Assembly (NCBI RefSeq): GCF_001194135.2 | Contig: NC_068987.1 | Coordinates: 76,095,094-76,159,093 of the forward strand | Source of the DNA: Octopus bimaculoides | Taxonomy: Eukaryota | Direction: 5' to 3' | DNA: 64,000 nt | Shown here: piece after piece, positions 50,153 to 63,674 of the stretch | Layout of the letters: each line of letters begins with the position of its first letter | Position numbering within the stretch: position 1 is the first letter of the stretch | Position numbers and translations under genes: made by a program | The notes under the pieces: generated by a model | The model's database searches: none | What the model saw: the letters and a program-made list of their open reading frames with translations, nothing else | What the model was told of the DNA's origin: nothing

Positions 50153-51420
50153 NNNNNNNNNNNNNNNNNNNNNNNNNNNNNNNNNNNNNNNNNNNNNNNN
50201 NNNNNNNNNNNNNNNNNNNNNNNNNNNNNNNNNNNNNNNNNNNNNNNNNNNNNNNNNNNNNNNNNNNNNNNNNNNNNNNNNNNNNNNNNNNNNNNNNNNN
50301 NNNNNNNNNNNNNNNNNNNNNNNNNNNNNNNNNNNNNNNNNNNNNNNNNNNNNNNNNNNNNNNNNNNNNNNNNNNNNNNNNNNNNNNNNNNNNNNNNNNN
50401 NNNNNNNNNNNNNNNNNNNNNNNNNNNNNNNNNNNNNNNNNNNNNNNNNNNNNNNNNNNNNNNNNNNNNNNNNNNNNNNNNNNNNNNNNNNNNNNNNNNN
50501 NNNNNNNNNNNNNNNNNNNNNNNNNNNNNNNNNNNNNNNNNNNNNNNNNNNNNNNNNNNNNNNNNNNNNNNNNNNNNNNNNNNNNNNNNNNNNNNNNNNN
50601 NNNNNNNNNNNNNNNNNNNNNNNNNNNNNNNNNNNNNNNNNNNNNNNNNNNNNNNNNNNNNNNNNNNNNNNNNNNNNNNNNNNNNNNNNNNNNNNNNNNN
50701 NNNNNNNNNNNNNNNNNNNNNNNNNNNNNNNNNNNNNNNNNNNNNNNNNNNNNNNNNNNNNNNNNNNNNNNNNNNNNNNNNNNNNNNNNNNNNNNNNNNN
50801 NNNNNNNNNNNNNNNNNNNNNNNNNNNNNNNNNNNNNNNNNNNNNNNNNNNNNNNNNNNNNNNNNNNNNNNNNNNNNNNNNNNNNNNNNNNNNNNNNNNN
50901 NNNNNNNNNNNNNNNNNNNNNNNNNNNNNNNNNNNNNNNNNNNNNNNNNNNNNNNNNNNNNNNNNNNNNNNNNNNNNNNNNNNNNNNNNNNNNNNNNNNN
51001 NNNNNNNNNNNNNNNNNNNNNNNNNNNNNNNNNNNNNNNNNNNNNNNNNNNNNNNNNNNNNNNNNNNNNNNNNNNNNNNNNNNNNNNNNNNNNNNNNNNN
51101 ATAGAACTCTTTGTGATATTGGTTCCAGGTTTTTGTGCTTTTGACTTCAGATCCTTCCTCTTGTCACAGAAGCAAAACGGGTCTCATGAGACGGGGTTCA
51201 AAAATTGGTAACGGAATTGGAAAATCTTTGAAGTGCTTTCTTTAAGTACCCTAGCATTTCGAATGATCACAACACTCAATCACAGCATACAAGCCAGTGG
51301 CAAGAGAGGAGACAAGGAGACTATCAAGCACTTTGCACTAAACGAACTTGCTATCAATATCTATGCATACGCATGTGTGTATGCATGTGTATATGTATAT
51401 ATATATTTGTGTGTATAATC

Positions 51421-51477
<57 letters not shown>

Positions 51478-51825
51478 TACATAGGTCTAATAGTACAACC
51501 TGGATGAATAATATAGGTGATGGAAGCTATCAACAATTTCTAGTTTTTTTCCCCTGGCATGTGATGGAATCTGTTTTCTGTACATCTTTGGTGTTTATTA
51601 CCCCTGTCCACACACACAAAAACTATCTTCCCAGTTAACCCTCCTTTGATATTACTGCACCTCTTATATGTCTATAGCATACACCAGGTATAACAATACT
51701 TTAAAATGCATCATCTGCTATGTTATAATAATTTTCTGTAGTTTAAACCGAAACTATACAGGATCAATTATCAAAACACATTTTCATGGTTGAATGTGAT
51801 TTAAAAATTCTTTTTATTATTATTA

Positions 51826-51826
<1 letters not shown>

Positions 51827-51856
<30 letters not shown>

Positions 51857-52002
51857 AAGAAGAAGAAGAAGAAGAAGAAGAAGAAGAAGAAGAAGAAGAA
51901 GAAGAAGAAGAAGAAGAAGAAGAAGAAGAAGAAGAAGAAGAAGAAGAAGAAGAAGAAGAAGAAGAAGAAGAAGAAGAAGAAGAAGAAGAAGAAGAAGAAG
52001 AA
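51827..52002. repeat. Pure (GAA)n tract, about 58 units
   Basis: Uninterrupted run of 176 bp. Confidence 0.95.
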
Positions 52003-52538
52003 CCTCAACCGCCACTCCGATCATCCACATCATATAATTTGGTCAAATCCGAAATCCCAATTTTTGAGGATAAAACGGATTTGTACTGACATAGGGGATT
52101 ACTGGAAACATGCAAATGCTTTTGTACACCATTATGTTTAATGCGGTTGCAGTGAATCGCAATTGAAGGAAATTGCAAATGACATAGCGACGATGAGGGA
52201 AAAAAGTCAAACTTACACACATAATTTTAGCAAACAAAATACAATATGTGACAGGATTCCTTTAGTGATTAACTGGCACCGAAATTTCGCTGGCATTTCG
52301 AAAGTGTTAAATGACAGTTACCAGCATGTTGCGGAAAAATAGCCTCTTTTCAAACAGATATTTCCTCAGCCGCCTATTGTGGCCTTTAGACGGAATAAGA
52401 ATATAAGAGCACTTATTACCCTCTACTTCTGACTCCAAGAAAACTAACATTGGAGTTTCTGCACGCTGTGCTATTAAAGGGAGGTAAGCCCTGTTCATTG
52501 TGCAATAACATGAGTTAAGTGAATTTCATCAGGATTCA
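52003..52538 (+). mobile_element. Second copy of the 43-44 kb PLE family (thumb and linker region), opposite orientation
   Basis: Aligns by eye along its length to the reverse complement of about 43510-44050. Confidence 0.9.
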
Positions 52539-53834
52539 TAAGCTTAGCGGCATTTCGTACGTCTTCAGATACATACATACATACATACATATATACATAC
52601 ATACAGACAGACAGACAGACAGACAGACACAACTGAAAGAGCTAATAGTTTCATATTTTATGATACCTGAACAGGCATATTTATAAAATACGTCATGTAC
52701 CTTAAAGCAAACTTTCAGGCTCTGTTTATGCATTATATATATATATATATATATATNNNNNNNNNNNNNNNNNNNNNNNNNNNNNNNNNNNNNNNNNNNN
52801 NNNNNNNNNNNNNNNNNNNNNNNNNNNNNNNNNNNNNNNNNNNNNNNNNNNNNNNNNNNNNNNNNNNNNNNNNNNNNNNNNNNNNNNNNNNNNNNNNNNN
52901 NNNNNNNNNNNNNNNNNNNNNNNNNNNNNNNNNNNNNNNNNNNNNNNNNNNNNNNNNNNNNNNNNNNNNNNNNNNNNNNNNNNNNNNNNNNNNNNNNNNN
53001 NNNNNNNNNNNNNNNNNNNNNNNNNNNNNNNNNNNNNNNNNNNNNNNNNNNNNNNNNNNNNNNNNNNNNNNNNNNNNNNNNNNNNNNNNNNNNNNNNNNN
53101 NNNNNNNNNNNNNNNNNNNNNNNNNNNNNNNNNNNNNNNNNNNNNNNNNNNNNNNNNNNNNNNNNNNNNNNNNNNNNNNNNNNNNNNNNNNNNNNNNNNN
53201 NNNNNNNNNNNNNNNNNNNNNNNNNNNNNNNNNNNNNNNNNNNNNNNNNNNNNNNNNNNNNNNNNNNNNNNNNNNNNNNNNNNNNNNNNNNNNTATATAT
53301 ATATATATTAAAAACAAAGAAGCTGGACAGTGATAAAATAAGAAATAACCAGTAAAAAAACGAGAATAAAGTTGGTGCATATACATATATATACATATAT
53401 ACATTCATATTTATAGATGGCAAAAGAGGGCTCGTGACAAGGTAAGACCACTTCCATGCAAATGTTCCTCCATGAGACCAAAAAATCTCTGTGCGTGAAT
53501 TTGTTTTTAGGGGATGAAGTTTTGCACAACACCGAACCCACTTCTCAGCACCATCAGCTATAAGACCGTTGGCGCAAAAGAAGTTGAGATGACTAGAAAC
53601 CATTTTCACTTCAGGTTTGTTTTTTTATGCGAGTTTACATCCTCCAAGAACGAAGTTCTAACGAGAAATAGGGGTCCTATAATTCTGGCCAGAGTAAAGC
53701 GAGAAACAATAGCCGCTAAGAGTTTGTTCCACATTCCACAAGACCCAGGAACTCTCGTATCAGGCTCCCGCTCCATACATACATACATACATACATACAT
53801 ACATACATACATACATACATACTCACCATATTTC

Positions 53835-54197
53835 CCATCTCACATCTGCTGGGGCACCACCGTGAAGGGTTTTAATCGAACAAACCGACCTCAGGGCTTA
53901 TTTTTTTAAAGGTACTTATTCTATCGGTGTCTTTTGTCGAACCGCTATTTTACGGGGACGTAAACACACCAATCCTGTTGTCGAGTGGTGATAGGGGACA
54001 AACACAGACACCATACATACATACATACATACATACATGCATATATATGTGACGAACTTCTTTCAGTTTCCGTCTACCAAATCCACTCACAAGGCTTTGG
54101 TCGGCCCTACACTATAGTTGAAGGTACTTGCCCAAGGTGGGATTGAACCCTGGACCATGTGGTTGAGAAGCAAGCTTCTTACCACACAGCCACGCCT
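53835..54197 (-). mobile_element. SINE family B with internal (CATA)n
   Basis: Tail, microsatellite and head, in reverse orientation. Confidence 0.85.
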
Positions 54198-55279
54198 GCA
54201 TAGATATTTTATATACATATCTTTCATATTTTGGATTGTATGTATGCGTGAGAGAGAGAGAGGGGGAGGTAGAGAGCGAGAGAGTGAGAATGCCAGCACG
54301 TGATTTTTAGAATTGATATATGACACACCATTTCAACCAAACGTTTTAAATTCGTCCCTGATCATTAAGCCAAAGCTCCAATGAAATCAAGCCATTTAAT
54401 GTATGCTACGCTTGTGTCAGATTTCTTACTGCGAGAGAGCGAGAGAATGAGAGAGACCTTTAATAAAGGTCTTTTAGAATGAAGAATTTGGGGCAGCTAA
54501 AGTGAAACCTGATATTAACTGCTATATAAAAGTAATATTAACTACGACTCATTTGGATTGCTAATAAAGAAATTATTTCAAGAATATTTTGAGTGAGAAA
54601 CTATTTTCCTTGTGATTAAGAAAGGCGACGAGTTGGTAGAGGTATCAGAGCGCTGGGTAAAATACTTTCCAGTATTTTTCCCCAACTCCTGATGCTCCGA
54701 TTTCAAATTTCGCAGGGCCCAACATTAGATTTCATCCTTTCGCAGTCAATTAAAAGGTACCAGCTCAGGTATTGGTAGATTGCGGGAATACTTATAGGGT
54801 TTGGCAGAGGGGTAGCGAAAGTGTGCACCGCCCAAGAGAGTTTTTGACGGTTTCTCCCCGCTCCCGCACTTTTATAGGTTTATACAGCAGACCCAAAAGT
54901 GCCACTGACATAAAAATCCTGCCCCAGGGCGGATCAACCACCACTGCCACCCCCACTACCTTAATGGCTGGCAATTTTCAATTTTACCGTTTATAAAATC
55001 AAAGTATGATTTCAGCAGAAATCTTATAAACTGACGAAGGGAGCTGAGTTTAACCGTAGGCGTGGTGAGAGCCACCGATGGGCGTTAAGATGGGTAAATA
55101 TCAAAATGCGAATTCGTTGATTATCTATATCTGCTGCTGTAGGGAGCTTGCTTCTATTGTCAGTCATTAAAATAGTGCTTTCTGTGGCTATTGAGTTATT
55201 TTGACTCTTATTTCTAGCAATACTGGTACTGATTAGTGCCCTTTGTCACTTTAGTGATGTTTATATGTGAATATATATC

Positions 55280-55326
<47 letters not shown>

Positions 55327-55845
55327 TGTAAGCATATGTTTGTGTTCGTGTTTGTCCTCCGCCACACACACACACCGCTTGACAACCAGTGTTGGCTTGC
55401 TTACTTCTCCGTAAATTAGCGGTTCGCCAAAAGATCGCCGATAAAATAAGTATCAGACATGAAAATAACTATTGGAGTCAATTTGCTCCACCAATCAAAG
55501 TGATGCCCCAGTATGGCCGCAGTCCAATGACTGAAGAAGGCAAAAAAGAAATTGGTAAAGAGTGGAGCCAAAATTAGCCACGTCCACACTGCCACGCTGT
55601 ATCCCGTGCAATTAGCCATGATGTGCAGAATGGTCTTCAGCTTTCCAGAGGATAAGACCATTTGAAGATATAGATTTTTAGATTTCACCTTGCTGCTCAG
55701 GACTGACTTGAGTGTACAAAAGGAACACAAATCTAATAATATAAATGTACTTCACTTTAATATAGTACTAATTCCAGATAGTTGTGTCTTTCGTTCCTTT
55801 TCCAACTTTTTTTATATTTTAACATTTTAATATGGATGAGCGTGA

Positions 55846-56280
55846 AGGCGGTGAGCTGGCAGAAACGTTAGCACTTCGGGCGAAATGTTTAGCTGCATTT
55901 CGTCTGTCTTTACGTTCTGAGTTCAAATTCTGCCGCGGTCGATTTGCCTTTCATCCTTTCGGGATCGAAAAAATAAGTGCTAGTTGCGTACTGGGGTCGA
56001 TCTAATCGACTGGCATCTTCCCCAAAAAATGTCGGGCCTTGTGCCTAGAGTAGAAAAGTATATGGAACAGCAGGAGAGGTGGCGAGCTAGCAGAATCGTT
56101 ACCATACCGGGCAAAATAATAATGCTTAGCGGTATTTTCATCTTGTCTTACGTTCTGAGTTCAAATTCTACCGAGGTCGTTTTTTTTTTGCCTTTCATCC
56201 GTTTTGGGAGAAATATAAAATAAGTGCCATCGTTGTAACCCGCTTCACCGAAATTGCTGGCCTTATGCCAAAATTTGAAA
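55846..56280 (+). mobile_element. Two tandem SINE family D right-arm-type monomers
   Basis: 55846-56060 has a full head and the ccttgtgcctagagtagaaaag tail; a second, more diverged copy starts at about 56075. Confidence 0.8.
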
Positions 56281-56711
56281 TCAATATATAGGAGCAGGGA
56301 AGTTCACTTTGCAGACATGTGGTTTCCGGTTCACACTCAGGTTGACCGATACCTTGCGAATGAACCAGATAGACGGCAATTCTGTGGAAGTCTATACTAT
56401 ACTATTTGTGTTTTGAGCTATCCGCCTGTCTGTCATTTCGCCCACCACCAGTGCTTGACAACCAGTGTTGGTTTGTTTACGTCTGCATAACAAAGTGCTT
56501 CGGCAGCAGAGACTTAAAAGTCCAAGACTTAAAAATTAAGCACTGGGGTTGATTTGTTCGATTAAACTCTCCAAAGCAGTGCTTTAGAATGGCGGCAGTC
56601 AAATGACTGAAACCGTTAAAGGATGAATGAATTCATTTAGGTATGTTTGTGCCACGTTGTGGGCTACAATCTTTTGTACCCCAGCATCTGAAATATTGCA
56701 TTTGAATACAG

Positions 56712-56742
<31 letters not shown>

Positions 56743-57105
56743 NNNNNNNNNNNNNNNNNNNNNNNNNNNNNNNNNNNNNNNNNNNNNNNNNNNNNNNNNN
56801 NNNNNNNNNNNNNNNNNNNNNNNNNNNNNNNNNNNNNNNNNNNNNNNNNNNNNNNNNNNNNNNNNNNNNNNNNNNNNNNNNNNNNNNNNNNNNNNNNNNN
56901 NNNNNNNNNNNNNNNNNNNNNNNNNNNNNNNNNNNNNNNNNNNNNNNNNNNNNNNNNNNNNNNNNNNNNNNNNNNNNNNNNNNNNNNNNNNNNNNNNNNN
57001 NNNNNNNNNNNNNNNNNNNNNNNNNNNNNNNNNNNNNNNNNNNNNNNNNNNNNNNNNNNNNNNNNNNNNNNNNNNNNNNNNNNNNNNNNNNNNNNNNNNN
57101 NNNNN

Positions 57106-57167
<62 letters not shown>

Positions 57168-57640
57168 AAACTAACTCGCATACACAAAACTAACACGTAC
57201 ACACAAAACTAACAGACACACACACACACACACACCAAACTAACAAAACAAACTGAAATTCGATTCGAATAATAATTGACAATTTGACACTTTTTTATAA
57301 TTTAACTTCCTTTAGTTTTCAAATTTCTATTTCAATTTTTCGTTTAGATTTTGTATTAACCCCTTCCCCCTCCCGCTTTTGATTTTGGATTTTCAGTAAC
57401 ATGTCAAACGTCCTGATTTCGTCCTGTATTTTCTGCAAGAAGAACTGGAGAATGTGACGTTCATATGTTCCCGAAGATGTTTATTAAATGGTTATTATAC
57501 TGAAATGGCCTCAAGGAGAAATTGAAATCAGAGTCGAGGGTTCGATCTGCTGACAGTTTACTTCTAGCATTTTACTCTGCAGTAGTGACCCTAATACCAA
57601 ATACTCAATAGGGCATCATACTTAAAGATTCCAGAATCAT

Positions 57641-57840
57641 CAGCACGCCGGGCAAAATGCTTAGCGGCATCTCGTCCGTCATTATGATCTGGGTTCAAAT
57701 TCCGCCGAGGTCGTTTTTGCCTGTCATCCTTTCGGGGTCGATAGAATCGATAAAATAAGTACCAATCGAGTACTGGGATCGATGAAATAGACTTACCTCA
57801 CTCCTCCAAAGTTGCTGGCTTTGTGCCAAAGTTTGAAATC
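57641..57840 (+). mobile_element. SINE family D monomer lacking the first head bases
   Basis: cagcacgccgggcaaaatgcttagcggcat...ggggtcgata. Confidence 0.75.
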
Positions 57841-58059
57841 AATATTATTTAGTTCTGTCTCTTAACATTCTCATTTCGATTTTCCAAGAGAGAAAAACTT
57901 TGCTGTTATTATTGGGTTCCCCACATGACCATTCTGTCTTTCTTTTCGGTTGTAGTATATCTAGGACTACGTTTCTGCTTTGATGGCACAGTAGGTAAGG
58001 GTGTTCACAAGGAGTAACCAGAAAGCACCAGTGGAAAGTTCAAGTCTCTGTGAGAAATG

Positions 58060-58450
58060 ACCGAGTAAGTAGTTATATCCACTGGACAACATAAAACTGA
58101 CAATAAATAGTGTAAAGATGTGTCAAACAATGTATATGACAACGGCCAAGCCACAATCATCTGGGATATGCCTGTTCAAACTGACAAAGAAATAGAAATT
58201 AATCACTCAGACAATGATCAAGGATTGGAAAAAAAAAAAAAAAAAAAGACACCTGCTTGCTGATAGACATTGCAGTCGCTTGTAACCAAAACATTGTCCG
58301 AAAAAGAAGTGGAGAAATTATCAAAGTACAAAGACTTCGAAATTGAAGTATTCAAAATGTGGGGCATGAAGGTGAAAAGAGAACGAGTAATAAATGGAGC
58401 ATTGGGCATGATAAAAATACATATGAACAAAAACATAGAAGTTTTGGGGC
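58060..58450 (+). pseudogene. R4-clade non-LTR retrotransposon restriction-like endonuclease remnant
   Basis: YIHW, ATIIWDMPVQTDKEI, TCLLIDIAV, EKEVEKLSKYKDFEIEVFKMWGMK, INGALGMIK. Confidence 0.8.
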
Positions 58451-58454
58451 AAGT

Positions 58455-58830
58455 ATCTTATCCTATAGCCACTGGTCCCCTGATACCTTGTGAGTGAATT
58501 TGGTGAACAGAAATTGTGTGGAAGCCCGCCGTATATGTGTATACGTGTGTGTGTGTGTGTGTGTGTGTGTGCACGTGCGTGTATATGCACGTGTGTGCTC
58601 GCGTGTGTGTTATATATGCGTATCTTTGTGTTTGTCCACGACTACCTCTTGACAATTAATGTTGGTTTGTTTTCGTACCATAACATAGCGGTTCGGCGAA
58701 AGATACAGAGAGAATAAATAACAGAGTTTAAAAGTAAATATTGGAGTCGATCAGTTCGACTAAACTCTTGAATGCGATGCTCCAGTATGGTTGCAGTCCA
58801 ATGATAGAGAAAACAAGTAAAAGATGAAAA
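58455..58830 (+). mobile_element. SINE family B, diverged, with internal (TG)n
   Basis: Partial head, TG tract and tail. Confidence 0.7.
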
Positions 58831-59463
58831 AAAAATGTATACGAAAGAAGTTGGAGAGAAGTAATTTGAATTGAATTTCTGGAATATACACATGCTACAT
58901 TTTTCAGCACAAGAATTCATACACCACATTTAATTTATCAAATTTTACAGACAACAATTCACCTGCAGCTTAACGACTTTACGCTTTCTGCACAACATCA
59001 CCAAAGTATATAGTAAACTTTATTGCCAACCAGGTGGCAGGCACTTAGTGATAGTTTTGGATGAGTCTAGGAGTTCCACAACAGCATACTATAGAGACTT
59101 TAGATTTGACTTTAAAAGTCAAACGTATCACGGGGGAAATCTGAATATAAAATAAAATAAAAATAGTGTTAATCCATTTGGAAACAAATTTAGTGAAATT
59201 AACTGAACAATGTCAGGAATAGCCATAGTATATCGAATAGCATATCAAAAGATCTTGGTCCTGCATCTGTCAACAATCTTATTTCAATTTAGATAAGTGG
59301 ATGCCGGTATATTTATTTAATGCATGGAACACTGAAAGTCTGAAATAGGCGGTGAGAAAAAAATCAATATTATCCGATCTTTTTCATTTTCATGGAACCA
59401 CAGGAGAGATATCCGGGCGACAAACGAATTACTAAATTTACACGAGTGCATACGTATAACTAA

Positions 59464-59620
59464 AGACGCCTAGCCTAGTGACTAGTATGTCGTGTTCACA
59501 ACCGAGAGGTTGTCGGGTCGATTACCGGATTGGGGGTGGGGACGTGTTGTGTTCTTGACAAAACATTTACTTTCACGTTACTTATTACAGTCAACTCAGT
59601 TGAGAATTAGTACCAGCTGT
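59464..59620 (+). mobile_element. Diverged family C SINE head and core
   Basis: gacgcctagcctagtgactag...gtgttgtgttcttgacaaaacatttactttcacgtt. Confidence 0.55.
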
Positions 59621-60965
59621 AGTTGCGGCAGACAAGTGTGTCACCCAAGACAAATTCTTTCCTCACAGGCACTTGGGGGCTTCGGAGAGCGGAGTAGACT
59701 CTTGCCTTCCTGGGAAGATAAACCAAACACTTGCTTGTAATTGGTAAAAACTCCAAATAACAAGAGGAAATAATCACAAGAATCAAGAATTCTCTAAAGT
59801 GGACATCCCATTAAAGAAAAGATTTGAAGATATCTGTGGACTTGTGTTTCTGCTTTAACAGACGTCATCAGCATAGTAATTGTCCTCCAACCATACCTTG
59901 AACAGACTGGACATTCGGAAGAAAGTGGAAGTATTTTTTTAAATTCATAAATACAAGCAGAGTAAATGCATGGCATATTTAAACAATTAAACATATCTGC
60001 TTACACATTATGAAAAACATGTCTGTACAAACGTACACACTCGCTGTGTGTGTGTGTGCCTCTGTGTGTGTGTATGCCTGTGTGTGTGTGTCTCTGTGTG
60101 TGTGTATGCCTGTGTGTGTGTGTGTGTGTTTGCTTGATAATTTATACAAAGTAGCTAGGGTGTGTGTGAATTGTGTCAAGTATCAGACAATATTTATATT
60201 TCGCAGAAAAAAAAAATGAATGGAGGTAGAAGGGTGATGATAGAAGCGAAGTGAATGGCGTATTATGCAAATAGCTTTATTATTTAACCAAGGAAGCGAC
60301 ATCAAATACATTGTGAACATCTTCGTACTTCACATCATAAGTCTGAACAAACAGTTTAACGAGGTAGGGGAGGAGGAGATGAGTAATGCCGGACGAGCAA
60401 ACGACGACATACATCCTATATAAATGATATTACACCCATACATATAACATATATATATNNNNNNNNNNNNNNNNNNNNNNNNNNNNNNNNNNNNNNNNNN
60501 NNNNNNNNNNNNNNNNNNNNNNNNNNNNNNNNNNNNNNNNNNNNNNNNNNNNNNNNNNNNNNNNNNNNNNNNNNNNNNNNNNNNNNNNNNNNNNNNNNNN
60601 NNNNNNNNNNNNNNNNNNNNNNNNNNNNNNNNNNNNNNNNNNNNNNNNNNNNNNNNNNNNNNNNNNNNNNNNNNNNNNNNNNNNNNNNNNNNNNNNNNNN
60701 NNNNNNNNNNNNNNNNNNNNNNNNNNNNNNNNNNNNNNNNNNNNNNNNNNNNNNNNNNNTATATGTGCATATACGTGTATGTATGCATGTATGTATGTAT
60801 GTATGTAATGTATGTATGTATATATTGGTGTGTGAAATAATTATCATTCACTTCCTTTCTTTTCGTTTCGTATTTTTTTGTCCTTTTGTTTGTTGATTAG
60901 AAAAGTCGATATCATTGGTGATGGCGAAAAAGCGCCAAGGTTGTGTGTGTGTGCGTCTGTCTCTT

Positions 60966-61003
<38 letters not shown>

Positions 61004-61694
61004 CTAAATGTTTCCGTGGATGCCGATGCGTGTGTTGTTCTTTATTACTTATTTGTGCGTACGTTTCAATGTTTGTGTTGAGTTTATTTCGTATTCTTTA
61101 CGCCACTCCACACTTGCTCAACGTCTCTTTCTCCCCCCTCTCTCCTCCTCCCCCTCTCTCCTCCTCTCCCATCTCTCTCATTCTTTCACAAACACAATCT
61201 TCCTTTTTTTCTCTGCTTTTCTTTTTCTAACTCTTATTACCCCGTCTCCTTTAGTTGTATTTTATAACTAAAGAATTCGCACCAATGCACACTCATTCGT
61301 ATACGCGTGTGAAACTGTACAGGTATCTATATACATACAACATGCAATGTAAACAAGAAGATACACGCATACATATAGACGGACCAAACAAGATACTTAG
61401 ATAGGTTTCGGCCATTTTGGCCCAGGCCATAGCTTACTTAATAGCCCTACCTGGAAAAGATATTTAGTAATGCATTTTTGTATAGTTATTTTGAAGCACC
61501 ATTGCCCATTCGATTAAAGAGTTTGTTTTTGTTTGCAGCAGTATATCCACCGAGGTCGACTTTGCCTTTCATCCTTTTGGGGTCGAAAAATATAAGTACC
61601 AGTCGAGTACTAGGGTCGATGTAATTGACTATGCCCCTCCTACAATTTTCATACCTTGGGCCTGTAGTACAATGACTTATTATTATTATTATTA

Positions 61695-61801
<107 letters not shown>

Positions 61802-61816
61802 GTTATTATTATTATT

Positions 61817-62350
61817 GAGTAGAGCAGTGCATGCCATCAAAGTGACACTGGAGTAAACTATACGAAACCCCGTGTACCCATCATGACTACCCGTCTGATA
61901 AGGGTATACCAGGCACATGCATCACAACCATGTGTGCGCGACATAGTGATCTCATAACAAGATAAACAGTGCATGACCTTGCAGATAAGGTCTTGTTAGA
62001 ATTTTCTTCAGGTTGAGTAGCCTACCCCACTCAAAAGGTCCCTGAATAAGGGTTTTTTAAGGATGTCGAACCCATGTTTCCAAAGGTGAATTATCCAAAC
62101 CCCAAAGAATTCCTCTCAACACATGGCTATGATGCTCCCCCACTACTTCTGCTCGTAATCAGAAATGCCCATATCGTCAGCCACCAAGGGACATGCTCAA
62201 CTGGTTATGGTCAAGCAACTGATAAGCAAATCTGTGGTATTGAGTAGAATATTTGCTGTAGCCCATCTTTTATACCAAGACAAAACAATGTACATGATAA
62301 CACTTCCAATCAGTTAAGATCAGAAGTCATGAGAGTCACTGCCTGGTACT
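61817..62350 (-). mobile_element. Unclassified 534-bp non-coding element embedded in (ATT)n arrays
   Basis: Complex sequence with sharp borders against arrays at 61677-61816 and 62351-62414; no ORF. Strand is inferred from the (AAT)n tail and a G-U hairpin. Confidence 0.55.
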
Positions 62351-62358
62351 ACTACTAC

Positions 62359-62416
<58 letters not shown>

Positions 62417-63103
62417 AGCAGCAGCATAATCATCGATTTGTTTGTTCGCTTGAACGGATTTCGACAATTTTTCTTTATTTTTTTCCTTTTTCTAATTTTT
62501 TTTATTTTATTTTTGNNNNNNNNNNNNNNNNNNNNNNNNNNNNNNNNNNNNNNNNNNNNNNNNNNNNNNNNNNNNNNNNNNNNNNNNNNNNNNNNNNNNN
62601 NNNNNNNNNNNNNNNNNNNNNNNNNNNNNNNNNNNNNNNNNNNNNNNNNNNNNNNNNNNNNNNNNNNNNNNNNNNNNNNNNNNNNNNNNNNNNNNNNNNN
62701 NNNNNNNNNNNNNNNNNNNNNNNNNNNNNNNNNNNNNNNNNNNNNNNNNNNNNNNNNNNNNNNNNNNNNNNNNNNNNNNNNNNNNNNNNNNNNNNNNNNN
62801 NNNNNNNNNNNNNNNNNNNNNNNNNNNNNNNNNNNNNNNNNNNNNNNNNNNNNNNNNNNNNNNNNNNNNNNNNNNNNNNNNNNNNNNNNNNNNNNNNNNN
62901 NNNNNNNNNNNNNNNNNNNNNNNNNNNNNNNNNNNNNNNNNNNNNNNNNNNNNNNNNNNNNNNNNNNNNNNNNNNNNNNNNNNNNNNNNNNNNNNNNNNN
63001 NNNNNNNNNNNNNNNNNNNNNNNNNNNNNNNNNNNNNNNNNNNNNNNNNNNNNNNNNNNNNNNNNNNNNNNNNNNNNNNNNCGCTTTCTCTCTCTGTCTG
63101 TCT

Positions 63104-63150
<47 letters not shown>

Positions 63151-63151
63151 C

Positions 63152-63205
<54 letters not shown>

Positions 63206-63300
63206 GCCTCTTTGTAAACCTGCCTGTGTTCACGTTCATACTCACATATACAATATCTATATACTCATAAGCACACACACCTATACATACACACCTGCGC

Positions 63301-63483
63301 ATGCCATTCTATCTATCTGTCTATACACACACGCGCATGCTCATCTATCTATCTGTCTATATACACAAGCTCGTATGCTCATCTATCTATCTGTCTATAC
63401 ACACACGCGCATGCTCATCTATCTATCTGTCTATACACACACGCGCGTATGCTCATCTATCTGTCTATATACACAGACGCGCA
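63301..63483. repeat. 36-bp minisatellite, about 5 copies
   Basis: Unit atgctcatctatctatctgtctatacacacacgcgc. Confidence 0.85.
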
Positions 63484-63513
63484 CATACATACATACATAC
63501 ATACATACATACA

Positions 63514-63546
<33 letters not shown>

Positions 63547-63674
63547 TTATGTAGATAAGGCTAAGATCGTTATTTAAAATACCGATCATATCAAGATGGC
63601 TAGCACGGGAATAAAAACCTCAGAGGTAATAATTATTATTTGAATTATAATTACGGATATCTAAAAGATACCAC

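Noticed and set aside
53417-53441. 25-nt microexon with an AAG|GTAAGA donor
   Set aside because: The acceptor is weak, the length is not a multiple of three, and nothing else supports it.
55416-55730. 104-aa ORF
   Set aside because: Its 3' part overlaps a SINE B tail and the rest has no recognisable similarity.
60234-60346. C/D box snoRNA (GTGATGA...CTGA)
   Set aside because: No terminal stem and no recognisable guide complementarity.
63301-63483. CRISPR-like array
   Set aside because: Units are contiguous with no unique spacers, and the context is eukaryotic.
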